DNA from: Antechinus flavipes
Taxonomy: Eukaryota
Assembly: GCF_016432865.1 (NCBI RefSeq)
Contig: NC_067399.1
Span: forward strand, 627,254,001 to 627,318,000
DNA: 64,000 nt
Direction: 5' to 3'
A program made the position numbers and the translations under genes. Positions 37,677 through 49,611 of the stretch are shown here, in pieces. The stretch's first letter is position 1. Every line of letters starts with the position of its first letter. The notes under the pieces were generated by a model. The model was given only the letters and a program-made list of their open reading frames with translations, had not been told where the DNA came from and did not search any database.

Positions 37677-39322
37677 ATATCAAATAACAACAAAGTTCAC
37701 ATGGAAAAACAAAAGGTCAAGAATTTCAAGGGAATTAATGAAAGAAAAAATCAAATGAAGGTGGCCTAGCTGTACCAGATCTAAAATTATATTATAAAGC
37801 AGCAGTTATTAAAACCATCTGGTATTGGCTAAGAAATAGACTAGTTGATCAATGGAATAGGTTAGGTTCAAAGGACAAAACAACCAATAACTTTAATAAT
37901 CTAGTGTTTGACTAAGCCAAAGACCCCAGTTTTTGGGATAAGAATGCATTATTTGACAAAACTTGCTGGGAAAATTGGAAATTAGTACGGCAGAAACTAG
38001 GCATTGACCCACACCAAGATAAGATCAAAATGGGTTCATGATCTAGGCATAAAGAATGAAATTATAAATAAATTGGAAGAACATAGGATACTTTACCTCT
38101 CAGACCTGTGGAAGAGGAAGGAATTTATGATCAAAGAAGAACTAGAGATCACTATTGACCACAAAATAGAAAATTTTGATTATATCAAATTGAAAAGTTT
38201 TTGTACAAACAAAACTAATGCAGACAAGATTAGAAGGGAAACAATAAACTGGGAAAACATTTTTACAGTCAAAGGTTCTGAGAAAGGCCTCATTTCCAAA
38301 ATATATAGAGAACTGACTCAAATTTATAAGAAATCAAGCCATTCTCCAATTGATAAATGGTCAAAGGATATGAACAGACAATTTTCAGAGGATGAAATTG
38401 AAACTATTACCACTCATATGAAAGAGTGTTCCAAATCATTATTGATCAGAGAAATGCAAATTAAGACAACTCTGAGATACCACTACACACCTGTCAGATT
38501 GGCTAGAATGACAAGGAAAGATAATGCAGAATGTTGGAGGGGATGTGAGAAAACAGGGACACTGATATATTGTTGGTGGAATTGTGAATACATCCAGCCA
38601 TTCTGGAGAGCAATTTGGAACTATGCTCAAAAGGTTATCAAACTACGCATATCAGTGCTACTACAGGGCTTATACTCCAAAGAGATACTAAAGAAGGGAA
38701 AGGGATCTGTATGTGCCAAAATGTTTGTGGCAGCCCTGTTTGTAGTGGCTAGAAGCTGGAAAATGAATGGATTGGAGAATGGTTGAGTAAATTGTGGTAT
38801 ATGAATGTTATGGAATATTATTGTTCTGTAAGAAATGACCAGCAGGATGAATACAGAGAGGACTGGCGAGACTTACATGAACTGATGCTAAGTGAAATGA
38901 GCAGAACCAGGAGATCATTATATACCTCAACAACGATACTGTTTGAGGATGTATTCTGATGGAAGTGGATCTCTTCGATAAAGAGAACTAATTCAGTTTT
39001 AATTGATCAAAGATGGACAAAAGCAGCTACATCCAAAGAAAGAACACTGGGAAATGAATATAAACTGCTTGCATTTTTGTTTTTCTTCCTGGGTTATTTA
39101 TACCTTCTGAATCCAATTCTCCCTGTACAACAAGAGAACTATTTGGTTCTGCACACATATATTGTATTCAACATGTATAGGACTGCTTGCCATCTGGGGG
39201 AGGGGGTGGAGGGAGGGAGGAGAAAGATCAGAACAGAAGTGAATGCAAGGGATAATTTTGTAAAAAATTACCCTGGCATGGATTCTGTCAATAAAAAGTT
39301 ATTTAAAAATTTAAAAAAAAAA
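37677..39322 (+). mobile_element. Young 5'-truncated L1 (~1.65 kb of ORF2 3' part, 3' UTR, poly-A) with a 12-bp TSD
   Basis: The ORF at 38004-38786 is L1 ORF2 (IKSKWVHDLGIK...HYTPVRLA...CWRGC); AAGAAGAAAAAT at 37665-37676 and 39323-39334. Confidence 0.95.
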
Positions 39323-39584
39323 AAGAAGAAAAATGTACCTAAGTCACAAGGATGTCTTTAATAAGAATTTCCCAAATACTTTCATCTCTCATGACCTATT
39401 TTGTGTTGGGGACATCCCAGAGGTCAAGAAGAAAAAACAAACACCCAACAACAACAACAAACTAACCAAACAATCCCTTCCCTCATCATATTTTTTTAAT
39501 TAGAAAAAAAAGTTTCTATAAATTCTCCACATCATTAATTCACATATTTCTTGTAAATTTGTTCATAAGTGTTTGTATTGGTCA

Positions 39585-39715
39585 TTCATCTTTGGCTTTT
39601 CCTCCACTACCACTTCCACCTCCTTTTTGAACTGGTTCAATTTAGCACTTGAATAAAATGCTCTTGAATGACTGAGTTGCTGAATTAACTGTGATTTTTT
39701 TAGTTCTATTTGCTG

Positions 39716-39718
<3 letters not shown>
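39585..39718 (-). pseudogene. RAD23B: 134-bp duplicate of an internal piece of the neighbouring RAD23B retrocopy
   Basis: Ungapped match to 41293-41426 with 6 mismatches. Confidence 0.93.

Positions 39719-39770
<52 letters not shown>
39718..39770. repeat. (TA)n microsatellite
   Basis: Perfect TA run. Confidence 0.98.
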
Positions 39771-39773
<3 letters not shown>

Positions 39774-40079
39774 CACATCTTGCTATCATAGTCCTTCAGA
39801 AGAGTATTTGGCAGAATTTCTTCTTTAATGGACTTTGGAGTCACAGAAACCGGGACTAGTTTTATTTCTATTACTCACTATCTATGTGACCTACCTTGGG
39901 TAAGTCACTTTGCCTATCAAAGGAGGGGGTTAGATTATATAACCAATGAAATCCCTTCCAGGTCTAGGTTTATGATTCTATATAGACTAAAAGGTAGCAT
40001 AATTAGGTGGATTAGACTTATTGGATAAATATAATTGGATAAAATCTATTAAGGGGTGATGTCAACTTGAGAAGTGTCC

Positions 40080-42045
40080 TATGAATCTACCTTAATTGTC
40101 TATTTTACAAAGTATTATATTTTACCAGCTTCCATTTCCCAAACTTCCCAATAGTATTTGGCCTTTTTGTTCTAATGGAAGAAAAGCTACTGGAGACAGT
40201 TTGATGTACTTTTTTTATTTTTTTATTAAAGAAACTAATACAATGTCAGTGGCTTGAGTTGGTCATGTACTCCTTTATGAGAAAGTGTACGTACATCAGA
40301 AAACTAATTTTGAATATTTCCTTTAATTTTTACATTGGATCAGCTTTTTAATCAGTAAAAAAAAGAGCAGTTGGTACTCAAATATTTCTGCTGAGGAGAG
40401 GAGAGAGAGAAGGGAAAGTTAGCACTACATTTTCCCATTGTTCCCAAAAGTATTTCCCAAATGCTCAGTTCACACCAAAAGCAAACATGCAATAGTTGTT
40501 TTAAAACATTTTACTGTATATATAACATCAAATTAAACTAAGTAGGTTTCTACTATTTTTTCAGCAAAAGAAAAAAGTCATTGATAGAAAAACAACTTTG
40601 CCTATATGTATTCAGTTTCTTAAATCATATTAGAAGGGGGTCTCATATACCATGATCAAAGAATTTCAAATAGCAGTAATGATTTTCATCAGCAAAGATT
40701 TCTCCCTATCCTCTAGCAAATAACATGAAAAGATAAGCTTTCTAGATTCTAGATTCTAGGTAACAAAGATTCTCTCAGAACCAGCACTAAAACAAAAGAA
40801 ACAAAAGTCAGGGCATTATACTAAATTTCTGGATCTAATACACTAAAAAGAGTGCAAACTTGGGAAAAGTTACTTACATTAGAAGCTAAAAACCTGCAAA
40901 AGGTGATTTTTGGTTGTATAATATTTTATATTGTGTGGATTTTCTAAATCTGCTAATTTAAAACAGACATGTATTTTATTTATTTCTGCCCTACTTCCTC
41001 TATCTCCTCCCAACCCATCTCCAATCATCTACAAAGTATTACGGAAAGGAATTCAAATCATCCCAGATAATCCAGTGAGCAAAGTGTAATGCCCTGATGT
41101 GAAGTGTGTTATCAAAAAAAGTTCCTTTCAGTCATCAAAGTTCTGCTGTAGAAGAAAATTGGCAGCCAAATTTTCATTCATTCTTACAAAATAAGCCTAT
41201 GTCACGAAGTCTTCAGAGAATCTTAATGTTTTTAACCTTCCTATAACTTCTTTTTCCTGAGGTGTTACTTGAATGTAGTTTATGAGACAGCTTTCATGTT
41301 TGTCTTTTCCTCCACTACCACTTCCACCTCCTTCATGAACTGGTTCAATTTAGCACTTGAATAAAATGCTCTTGAATGACTGAATTGCTGAATTAACTGT
41401 GATTTTTTTAGTCCTATTTGCTGTAACAAGGTTGACAGAAGGGAAAATTTCTGATGAAAAATTTGTCTCATTTGCTGGATCTGAGACTGGTTCCATAAAA
41501 AAATCAAGGGGATGTCCTGAAGAACTAGGAGTTGTAGTTGTTGCTGTTGTGTCTGCAGCTGCTGCCACTGCTGAAGACTGAGCAAACCTTGTTGGCAGGC
41601 TTGGTGGGTGCTTGGGTGGATCCACCACAGCTTGACTCTTTATCTCCCTAGATACCCATGAAAAATGTTCCACCATTCACCATGGTGATGAAATCAATTC
41701 TCAGTGCTATGATAGCTTGTTCTCTTTCATATCCATTGACGTGATCTCAATCACCATATTTTCATAGGATTGTCCCATTACAAGAGCATTTGTTGCATCT
41801 TCAAAATGGTTTGACCTAAGAGAGACCCCAGGGCTTTTGTCAGATGATGTTGGGCTAATATCAGTAGGAGCTTCGACTGGGTTCTCTTCCTTAGGAATAC
41901 CTCTGGGTTTAGGTTCCCAAGCTTCTGCAGCTGGTATTGAGTTCAGGTTTAGATATAGGGGTGGAAGCTTGAGTCACAGATGCTGCTGTAAATGAACTAA
42001 GGTTAGTAGTAGCAGCAGAATTTGATTGTTGAATTGTAGCTAGTG
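40080..42045 (-). pseudogene. RAD23B: RAD23B processed pseudogene, 5'-truncated (no UBL domain), frameshifted, with ~1 kb of 3' UTR
   Basis: Minus-strand frames give RSNHFEDATNALVMGQSYENMVIEITSM / YEREQAIIAL / SQAVVDPP / QSSAVAAAADTTATTTTPSSSGHPL / NYIQVTPQEKEVIGRLK / NENLAANFLLQQNFDD* (stop at 41128-41130). No introns. The UTR resembles my recollection of the human RAD23B 3' UTR; the left boundary is approximate. Confidence 0.93.
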
Positions 42046-42052
42046 ATGATTC

Positions 42053-42195
42053 TGCTGCTAGGTGGTGCAGTGGATAGAGCACCTGCCCTGAAGTCAGGAG
42101 GACCTGAGTTCAAATATGAACTGAGACACTTCACACTTCTTAGCTGTGTTACCCTGGGCAAGTCACTTAATCCCAACTGCCTCAAGGGGAAAAAA
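42053..42195 (+). mobile_element. Young short CORE-SINE (WSINE1-like)
   Basis: ctaggtggtgcagtggatagagcacc...gagttcaaat...ctgggcaagtcacttaatcccaactgcctc plus A tail. Confidence 0.85.
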
Positions 42196-42629
42196 GAGGA
42201 AGATTGTGAAAAATAATTTAAAAGGAAAGAAAGGCTAAGAATTTGTGATTGAGTTCTGGGTGAGGGGAAGGGAAATAGCTTAGAAGCTATTTTTGCATAA
42301 AGCCTAGAACATTAGTAATGAATGTTCTTCTTCCATGATTTCTTTTATATAAAGAGGGGTTAAGAGCAAAGAAGGAAAAATATAGGAAAATAGGATTGAA
42401 GGAAATTCATAAAATGCAAGTCTTTATTTGTCTATCTCTCTCTCTTTCTTTTCTTCCTTCCTCCTCCCTCTCTTTCTCTGTGTCCTCCTCCCTTTCTTTC
42501 TCTGTTTTCTTTTTTTTTCAGAAAGATTAGAAGGGAATATGACTGAGGATGAAATCTTTGCATCGGGCTTCTCTGATAAGGTTTCATATCCAAGATATGT
42601 AAGGAACTAATTCAATTTTTTATAAGACA

Positions 42630-43420
42630 TATTTTCCAAGTGATAAATGGTCAAAGATCGAATAGACATTTATAAAGAAAAGAAATCTAAAGTAAATATA
42701 GTCACATAAAATGCTGAAAATCATAATTAATCAGAGAAATTAAACTTAAATCAATCCTGAAGTTCCAACTCAAACCTATTAGATTGGCAAAATTGACAAA
42801 AAAGTAAAATGACAAAGTCTGAATTTGATATAGGAAGATAAGCACATACTAGTGGAGCCAGGAACATCTAGCCATTGTAGGAAAAATATATGGAACCACA
42901 TCCAAAACATTACTAAAATGTTCACGCCCTTTGACCCATTGATACTACTGCTAGGTCTACTATTCTCAAGAGAGAAAAGAAACAGGAAAAGAATCCATAT
43001 ATTAAGGCAAAACAAAACAAAACAACAAGAACAACAAACTTTTTTTAGTATTAACAAATTAGGGGAAAGGGAGAATCCATCATTTGGTAAATAGCTGAAC
43101 AGATTATAATTTATTTATTAAATGTAACACAATTTTCCAGTAAGAAATGATGAGAGTTTTTAAGAGAAACTTGGGAAGATACATATAAAATGATGCAAAA
43201 AGAAATGAGAAGAATACAGAAAACAGTTTCTACTAAACCATCAACACTGTATTTGAAAGACTTAAAAACTCTTAACAATGCTATAGATTATAGAAAATTG
43301 ATGCTGAAGAATGTTTTTTACATACTGACAGAGAAACAATGGGCAGAATGAAGCATGTTTTTGGACATGGAAAGTGTGGGAATTTCTCTGCGAATTTAGG
43401 TTTGGGGAGTAAGCCCAGGA
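42630..43420 (+). mobile_element. Old, internally deleted L1 3' region
   Basis: gataaatggtcaaag, cctattagattggc and ccctttgacccattgatactactgctagg are diverged versions of the young L1 at 38.3-38.9 kb. Confidence 0.65.
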
Positions 43421-46400
43421 CAAGTTGCTGCTGCCCATTGCCTTCCCAGTTGAAAGCTAGTCCAGAAGTAGTATTACAACCAATGCTCTTTAAGAGTGAG
43501 AGAAGAATTCTTTATTCAACAATTCTCATGAGAAATGGGTGTGCTCATAGGTGAGAGACACTGAATACAGTAACAGTAGCAAACTTTATACTATTATTTC
43601 AATTCTTTACCCCTAAGGAATGGTTTGGATTGATTGGATTTACAATCAGAGTTGATTACTATTAATTAAGCTTTCAGTCAGAGTAATAATCGGTCAGATT
43701 TATTATTCGAATTATCATTGGTTATATTTACAATCATCTCTGCCCATTCCATATGTCACAAGGCTTGTTACCTGTCACTGACTCTAATTGATATGGGTCA
43801 GTTTAGATCTGGGTCCCTTTGTCAGGAACTTTGTTGCTCAGCTATTTCCTTGATTCGTACTGTGATTGGTTGGAAATATCTTAAGATATTTCACTCTTCC
43901 CTTCATCCTGTTTTGACATTATTTGTAAAAACCTAACTTCTAATACTCTGCACACTAACAATAATTATGTTTTTCCTTTCTTTTCTTTTTCTTTTTTTCC
44001 AGTGATAAGAGGAAAGCAATGTGGGAAGAGGAAGGAGGGGAAAAAGGCTCCTGATAAATGAAAAAAATAAAATTTAGCTTAAAAAATTTACCAGAAAGAA
44101 TCAGAGAAAGAATTCCTAAGACCCATAGGAATATAAATATTATATATTTTAAAGTTATAAGTTAAATTTATTATCTATTTAAGAGGAAATACAAACTCTA
44201 CATACTAGAGATTCACTGTTTCATGTACAATCCTTTTTTTTTTTTTTGGTATATGGAAATATTCATTTTATTGGATGTTAAACTTAGAATAAAATTTAAA
44301 TAAGAAAAAGATACTTGGGTCTTTCTAAATATGTGAGAGTATTTAACATGGGGTTTATACATACACATATATAATTGATGCTTCAGTACGAAGTGTTTTT
44401 TGTATTCTCATTTCATTCTGCATCAATGTATATATAATTTTCAAGTTTCTCTGAAATTTTCTCTGTAATAATTTTTTATTGGAAAATTGTGTTACATTTA
44501 ATAAATAAATTATAATTTGTTCCAAGTGATGGTAATTTTTGGTAATGACTCCTTTCTAGCCCATAAAAATAAAGATATATAGAACACATTTTTTTTAGAT
44601 TAAAAAAAAGAATGGAAAAGTGATTTTTCTGGAGGGTTTTTTTCTCCTGAATTTTGTGATACCTTGATATAAGTGTGATTTGATAGAATAAACTGACTTA
44701 TGAGGTATTTTTCCCTTAATTGGAATGTAAGATTCTTAAAGGCAGGGACTGTATTTATTGCTTATGTTTGTATCCCTTTTGCTTACTATAATGTCTGGAA
44801 CTTTATGTTAACCTACCTATCCATCCACCTATTCATCCATCTTTCTGTCTGTTTATTAAATTACTAATCTATCGTGGGGCAAAATAAAAAGAAAGCTATT
44901 CACGCTAGCAGAATGAGATACAAAGGAGGAGGGACCAAGCCAGTTGGATTTCTGCTTTTTCTTATGCTTAGGTTTTCTTTGGATCTCAGTGCCTAAAGAA
45001 TTGAGACAGTTGTTATTTTAGGCACATAATTTTCTTTTTAAATAATTTCTTTCCCCCAATGCCTCTAAAGCAGTTGATTAATATATTATAGCCCTCGCTT
45101 CTGTGTTAGTTTGAGAGAGAAAAATTTCCTGGGTGTGAACTATGAAAGTTGATTATAAAGGGACTATTAACAAATCCACTGGAACATGAAAACTTCTAAT
45201 GAATATTTTGCCCTTCACACGAGCCTACTAAGTGGAGGATCCAACATAGTGGGATGCTGTCTTTGAAGTATCTTTGGAATTCTTTTGAAATTACTGCCAA
45301 AGGCTATGTACTGCCAAAGCAAAACAAAAACACAAAAACTGAATAAGGTTATTTTGCTTCAAAAACAAGATGTGTTTAAGAAGTCATGAGACTGATGTTC
45401 TCACATGAAGCATAAACTGCAGAAGCAAGAAACGTAAAAAGCAGAAGTCCATTTTTGAAGATGAGTTACTAACTTGTATTTGAGCAATTGTCGCATTGTT
45501 GGGATAGCATGCTGCATTTCAGGGTGACTACTACAGAAGAAAACACTCTTTTGGATGTAGAACTTCTGTTGTCTTTATTAAAATAATTTTCCTTTATCTA
45601 TTAAAGGTACTATCTTCCTTGCAACTACCTAGATTTGTAGGCTCAATGTCATCATAATTTTTTATTCTCACTCACTCCATATCTTTTCCATTCCCAAATA
45701 TCATTGTTTTCTACTTCCCACAACATTTCTAGTGTTGAGCTGAAAAATTCAGATCAACTCGATGATCAGCAAAGAAAATGAGTCATTTATTCAAGGTCAT
45801 GGAATTGGAATTTGGGATAGCACACTGCTCTGTTCAGACAGAGATGCCCAGGGAGGAAAGGGAGCACATAGACAAACTGAGGGGAGTGTTTAGGAGTTAC
45901 AGAAATAAAGTCATAGAAGTGAACTTGGGTTAACTTTACCTGATGTGCCAGGAATAGAGGTTGTTGGAAACTGTTGGGGTATGTATGGGTCTTCTTGGGA
46001 GCAGTTAGAAACTGTGGGTTGGGCCCCCAAGAGTGGATAGAGCTACCAAAGTTTCTCCAGAATTTGACCCTAGCATATGTATTTTTTCCTATATGAGCAG
46101 TCTTTCTTTCATCTCCTTTAGGCCCTCATCACCTGGACTATTGAAATAGTCTCCTAATTATTTTCCATGCCCCATCACAATCTTCCACAATCCTGCAAAA
46201 GTTATTTTCTTAAAGTATTTGTCTAAATATGTCATTGTCCTGTTTGATAAGTAGCTATGTATTATTCATCATCACCTCTTATAAACCTAGTTTACTTCAA
46301 ATTTCCTTCCTTCTTCTATATTAATGATGTCAAATAGAAACAAGAATTACTAATACACATATAAGGATGCTTGTTGGTGGCACATTGACTTAGCTTTAAA

Positions 46401-46619
46401 ATTTAACCTTATATATAGTTTATGATATTTTATTTATTTTTAAAAATAATTCCCAATTACATTTTAATTTTTTTTTAGGCAACTGTTGAAAGGGTAGTAT
46501 TATATAGGTAGCCTGTGGGTTATGAGCTTAACACCTCTGTTTTACATGAAACTGAGTCCTTAATTACTAGTGTCTTTCACCTCTAAATTATCTTATATTT
46601 ACTTTGTGTATATTTTGTA

Positions 46620-46621
<2 letters not shown>

Positions 46622-46681
<60 letters not shown>
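46622..46681. repeat. (CT)n microsatellite
   Basis: Perfect CT run. Confidence 0.98.
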
Positions 46682-46684
<3 letters not shown>

Positions 46685-46929
46685 CCTCCTCTTCCCCCCA
46701 CCCCAGTCTATCTTCCTACCTATTTATATTGATTCCCTTTTCTAGAATGAATGCAAGCTCCTCAATGGTAGGAAGCATTTCACTTTTATATTTGTGGCCC
46801 CAGCACCTGGAATAATTCCTGGCATATAGTAAGTGCATAATAAATACTTATTGGTTGATTGATTGAATTGGCTGATTGAAACAACATTCTCATTGCTTTA
46901 TGTATATATCTAAGTCAGAGAAAGAGTGT

Positions 46930-48710
46930 CTTTCAAAAAGACACTTAATAGCATTTTATTTTTTTCAATTACATGTAAAGATAGTTTTCAACATTATTTT
47001 TATTAATTTTGAATTGCAAAATTTTCCCTTTCTTTTCTTCCCTCCACCCTCCCCAAGATATTAAGCAATCAAATATAGACTATAAATCTATAATCATGTT
47101 AAACATATTTCCATATCAATCATTTTGTAAAAAAAGAATGAGAACAAAAAGGAAAACCACAAAAAAAAAGAAAGAAAAAACAAATTTTATCTGCATTCAG
47201 ACTCCATAGTTCTTTCTTTGGATATGGATGTTATTTTCCATCCTAAGTCTTTTGAAATCATCTTGGATCACTGTATTGCTGAGAAGAGCTAAATCTATCA
47301 TAGTTGAGCATTACATAATATTGTTGTTACTTTGTACACTGTTCCTCAGGTTCTGTTCACTATATACTGCATCAGTTCATCATCTTTTTTGGTTTTTCTG
47401 AAATCTGACTGCTCATAATTTTTTTTATAGTACAATAATATTCCATTACATTCATATACCACAACTTGTTCAGCATTCCCCAATTGATAGGTATCCCTTC
47501 AATTTCTAATTCTTTGCTATCACAAAAATAGCACATTTTACTCAGTTCTTTATATATTTTAGAAATGAGGCTTTGCTTGTATTGGTTTTCTTGTGCAAAA
47601 ACTTTTAAATTTAATGTAATCAAAATTATCTATTTTGTATTTCATAATGTTCTCTATCTTTTGTTTGATTATAAATTTCCCTCTTCTCCAGAGATCTGAC
47701 AGATAAAATATTCCTTGCTTTCCTAATTCACTTTTAGTATCAACCTTTATCTCTAAATCACGAACCTATTTACACCTTATTTTGGTATAAGGTGTGAAAT
47801 GCTGATCAATGCCTAGTTTCTCCCATACTGTTTTCCAGTTTTCCGAGCAGTTTGTCAAAAAGTGAGTTCTTATCCCAGAAGCTATTCTCTTTGAGTTTAT
47901 CAAATAGTAAATTTGCCACTGTTTTATGCACCTAAATACCTAAATAGCCAGCACCAAATTGTTTTGATGATTGCTGCTTTGTAATATAACTTTACATTCT
48001 GTATGAGTTTTGTTATTATTTTTTCTAGCTTTAAGAAATATTATTATTATTTGGTATTTTGATTTGTATGGCACTGAATATGTAGATTAATTTAGGTAAA
48101 TTTCTAATTTTTATTATATTAGTTTAGTTTACCCATGAACGATCAATATTTTCCCAGTTGTTTAGATCTGACTTTAATTTGTGCAAAAAGTGTTTTGTAA
48201 CTATGTTCATATAGTTCCTGGGTTTGTCTTGGCAGGTAAACTCCCAAATATTTTCTATTGTACACATTTTTTAAATGAAATTTCTCTATTTATCTCATGC
48301 TGCAGAACTTTGTTGTCAATATATAGAAATGCTGATGATTTATATGCGTTTATTTTATATCCTGCAACTTTGCTAGTTGTTAACTGTTTCAAACAGTTTT
48401 TTAGTTATTCTGAAGGATTTTCTAACTATCATATTATCTACAAAAAGTGATAGTTTTGTTTCTTCATTGCTTATTCTAGTTCTTTCAATTTATTTTCCTT
48501 CTCATCATTAAAGCTAGTTCTTTCTAGTACAATTGGTGAAGTGGCCTCTTGTTACTACACAAAATGCTCTGACTGCACACCAGAGATAGGGAACTAAATG
48601 GGCAAAAACTGAATAATTTTGGTGAATAATAATGGTGATAATGGGCATTCTTGTTTCACCCCTGTTCTTACTGGGAATGCTTCCAGCTTATCCTTATTAC
48701 ATACAATAAA
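46930..48710 (-). mobile_element. Old fragmented L1 (3' UTR plus ORF2 pieces), interrupted at 48533-48618
   Basis: Minus strand gives LISKIYKEL, GIPINWGMLNKLWYMNVMEYY; L1-like sequence resumes at 48620 (gaataataatggtgataatgggcattc). Confidence 0.8.
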
Positions 48711-48959
48711 ACAAGAGTGTCTCAAGAATTGATATTATGCTGATTCTTACAAGGAATTCTGCTGGATTTGGGTTAGATTTCACATCTTGCTTCTGTTCTT
48801 TACTTTCTGTGATCATGAGCCAATCAAATAACTTCTCTAGGAATTTTCTGCTTTCTTTGCTGTAAAATGAGAGGATTGAACTAGAATATTTCTAGTCCTT
48901 TCAAGCTACTGTTTTTTTTGTGATTCTGCAATGTCACTCTGCCAAGTGACTTTACTACT

Positions 48960-49079
48960 TCAAAGAGCCACATTGAGGTTGAAAGGCCATAGATGAAATT
49001 TTTTGTCCATTAGTTCTCTATCTGCTGGTGTGCAGTCAGAGCATTTTGTATAGTAACAACAGGCCACTTCACCAAGATC
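48960..49079 (-). CDS. Possible second coding exon of the SMIM3-like gene (39 aa, Cys-rich)
   Basis: Acceptor tactttactgtgtccttctag|; open in phase 0: DLGEVACCYYTKCSDCTPADRELMDKKFHLWPFNLNVAL*; phase-compatible with the donor TTG|gtagga at 49474. Confidence 0.3.
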   Translation of the reverse strand, partial: DLGEVACCYYTKCSDCTPADRELMDKKFHLWPFNLNVAL

Positions 49080-49458
49080 CTAGAAGGACACAGTAAAGTA
49101 TGGCCCCAGTTGGACACATACGCAAAAGAAAGGAAAGAGCTAATATTCTGATCTATAGTTAGATCTGGGTTTGACTCTTGTCTGCCACTTACTAGCTATG
49201 CGGCTTTGGAGCAGATCATTTCCCTCTTCTGGGCTTCAGTTTTTTTACATGTACTATGGAGAGTTTGGTTGCTTCTTTTAAATTCTGTGATTCTTTGAAG
49301 GGGAAGCAGTTGTCTAACACAGAAGAGCCATTGAAAGTTTGAGACATGAAGGTAAAGGTTATTTGAATTTCACAAATGGCTCAAGACATTTTTGTCTTAG
49401 TAATGACATCTGGGAAAGAATAAGTTTGAAGCAGCAGAGGTCTGGAGAGGGCCTGGAT

Positions 49459-49611
49459 CTATATGATTCCTACCAATGAGATCTCTGGCATCTGGTGAAT
49501 TCTCCAGATGAGGAGGGCCACAGGAGGGAGGATCATCAATGAGGTCATTATCAGGACAGCCCCAATGATCACCAAAGTGATAGCCCAAGGGGCTAGGATT
49601 GTCCCTTCCAT
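49459..49611 (-). CDS. SMIM3/NID67-like small integral membrane protein (50 aa), candidate unannotated paralogue
   Basis: MEGTILAPWAITLVIIGAVLIMTSLMILPPVALLIWRIHQMPEISLVGII*; strong acceptor 16 nt upstream, Kozak AGAATGG, GC3 31/50, ungapped similarity to recalled SMIM3. Confidence 0.7.
   Translation of the reverse strand: MEGTILAPWAITLVIIGAVLIMTSLMILPPVALLIWRIHQMPEISLVGII

Noticed and set aside
45215-45310. Alternative phase-0 downstream exon for the SMIM3-like ORF (YIAFGSNFKRIPKILQRQHPTMLDPPLSRLV*)
   Set aside because: Strong U-rich acceptor, but it lies beyond a nearer candidate exon and an L1 containing AATAAA; no further support.
48533-48626. Apparent 8-bp TSD (TTGGTGAA) suggesting an hAT insertion
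   Set aside because: No terminal inverted repeats; the insert is explained as an inverted copy of 49000-49075.
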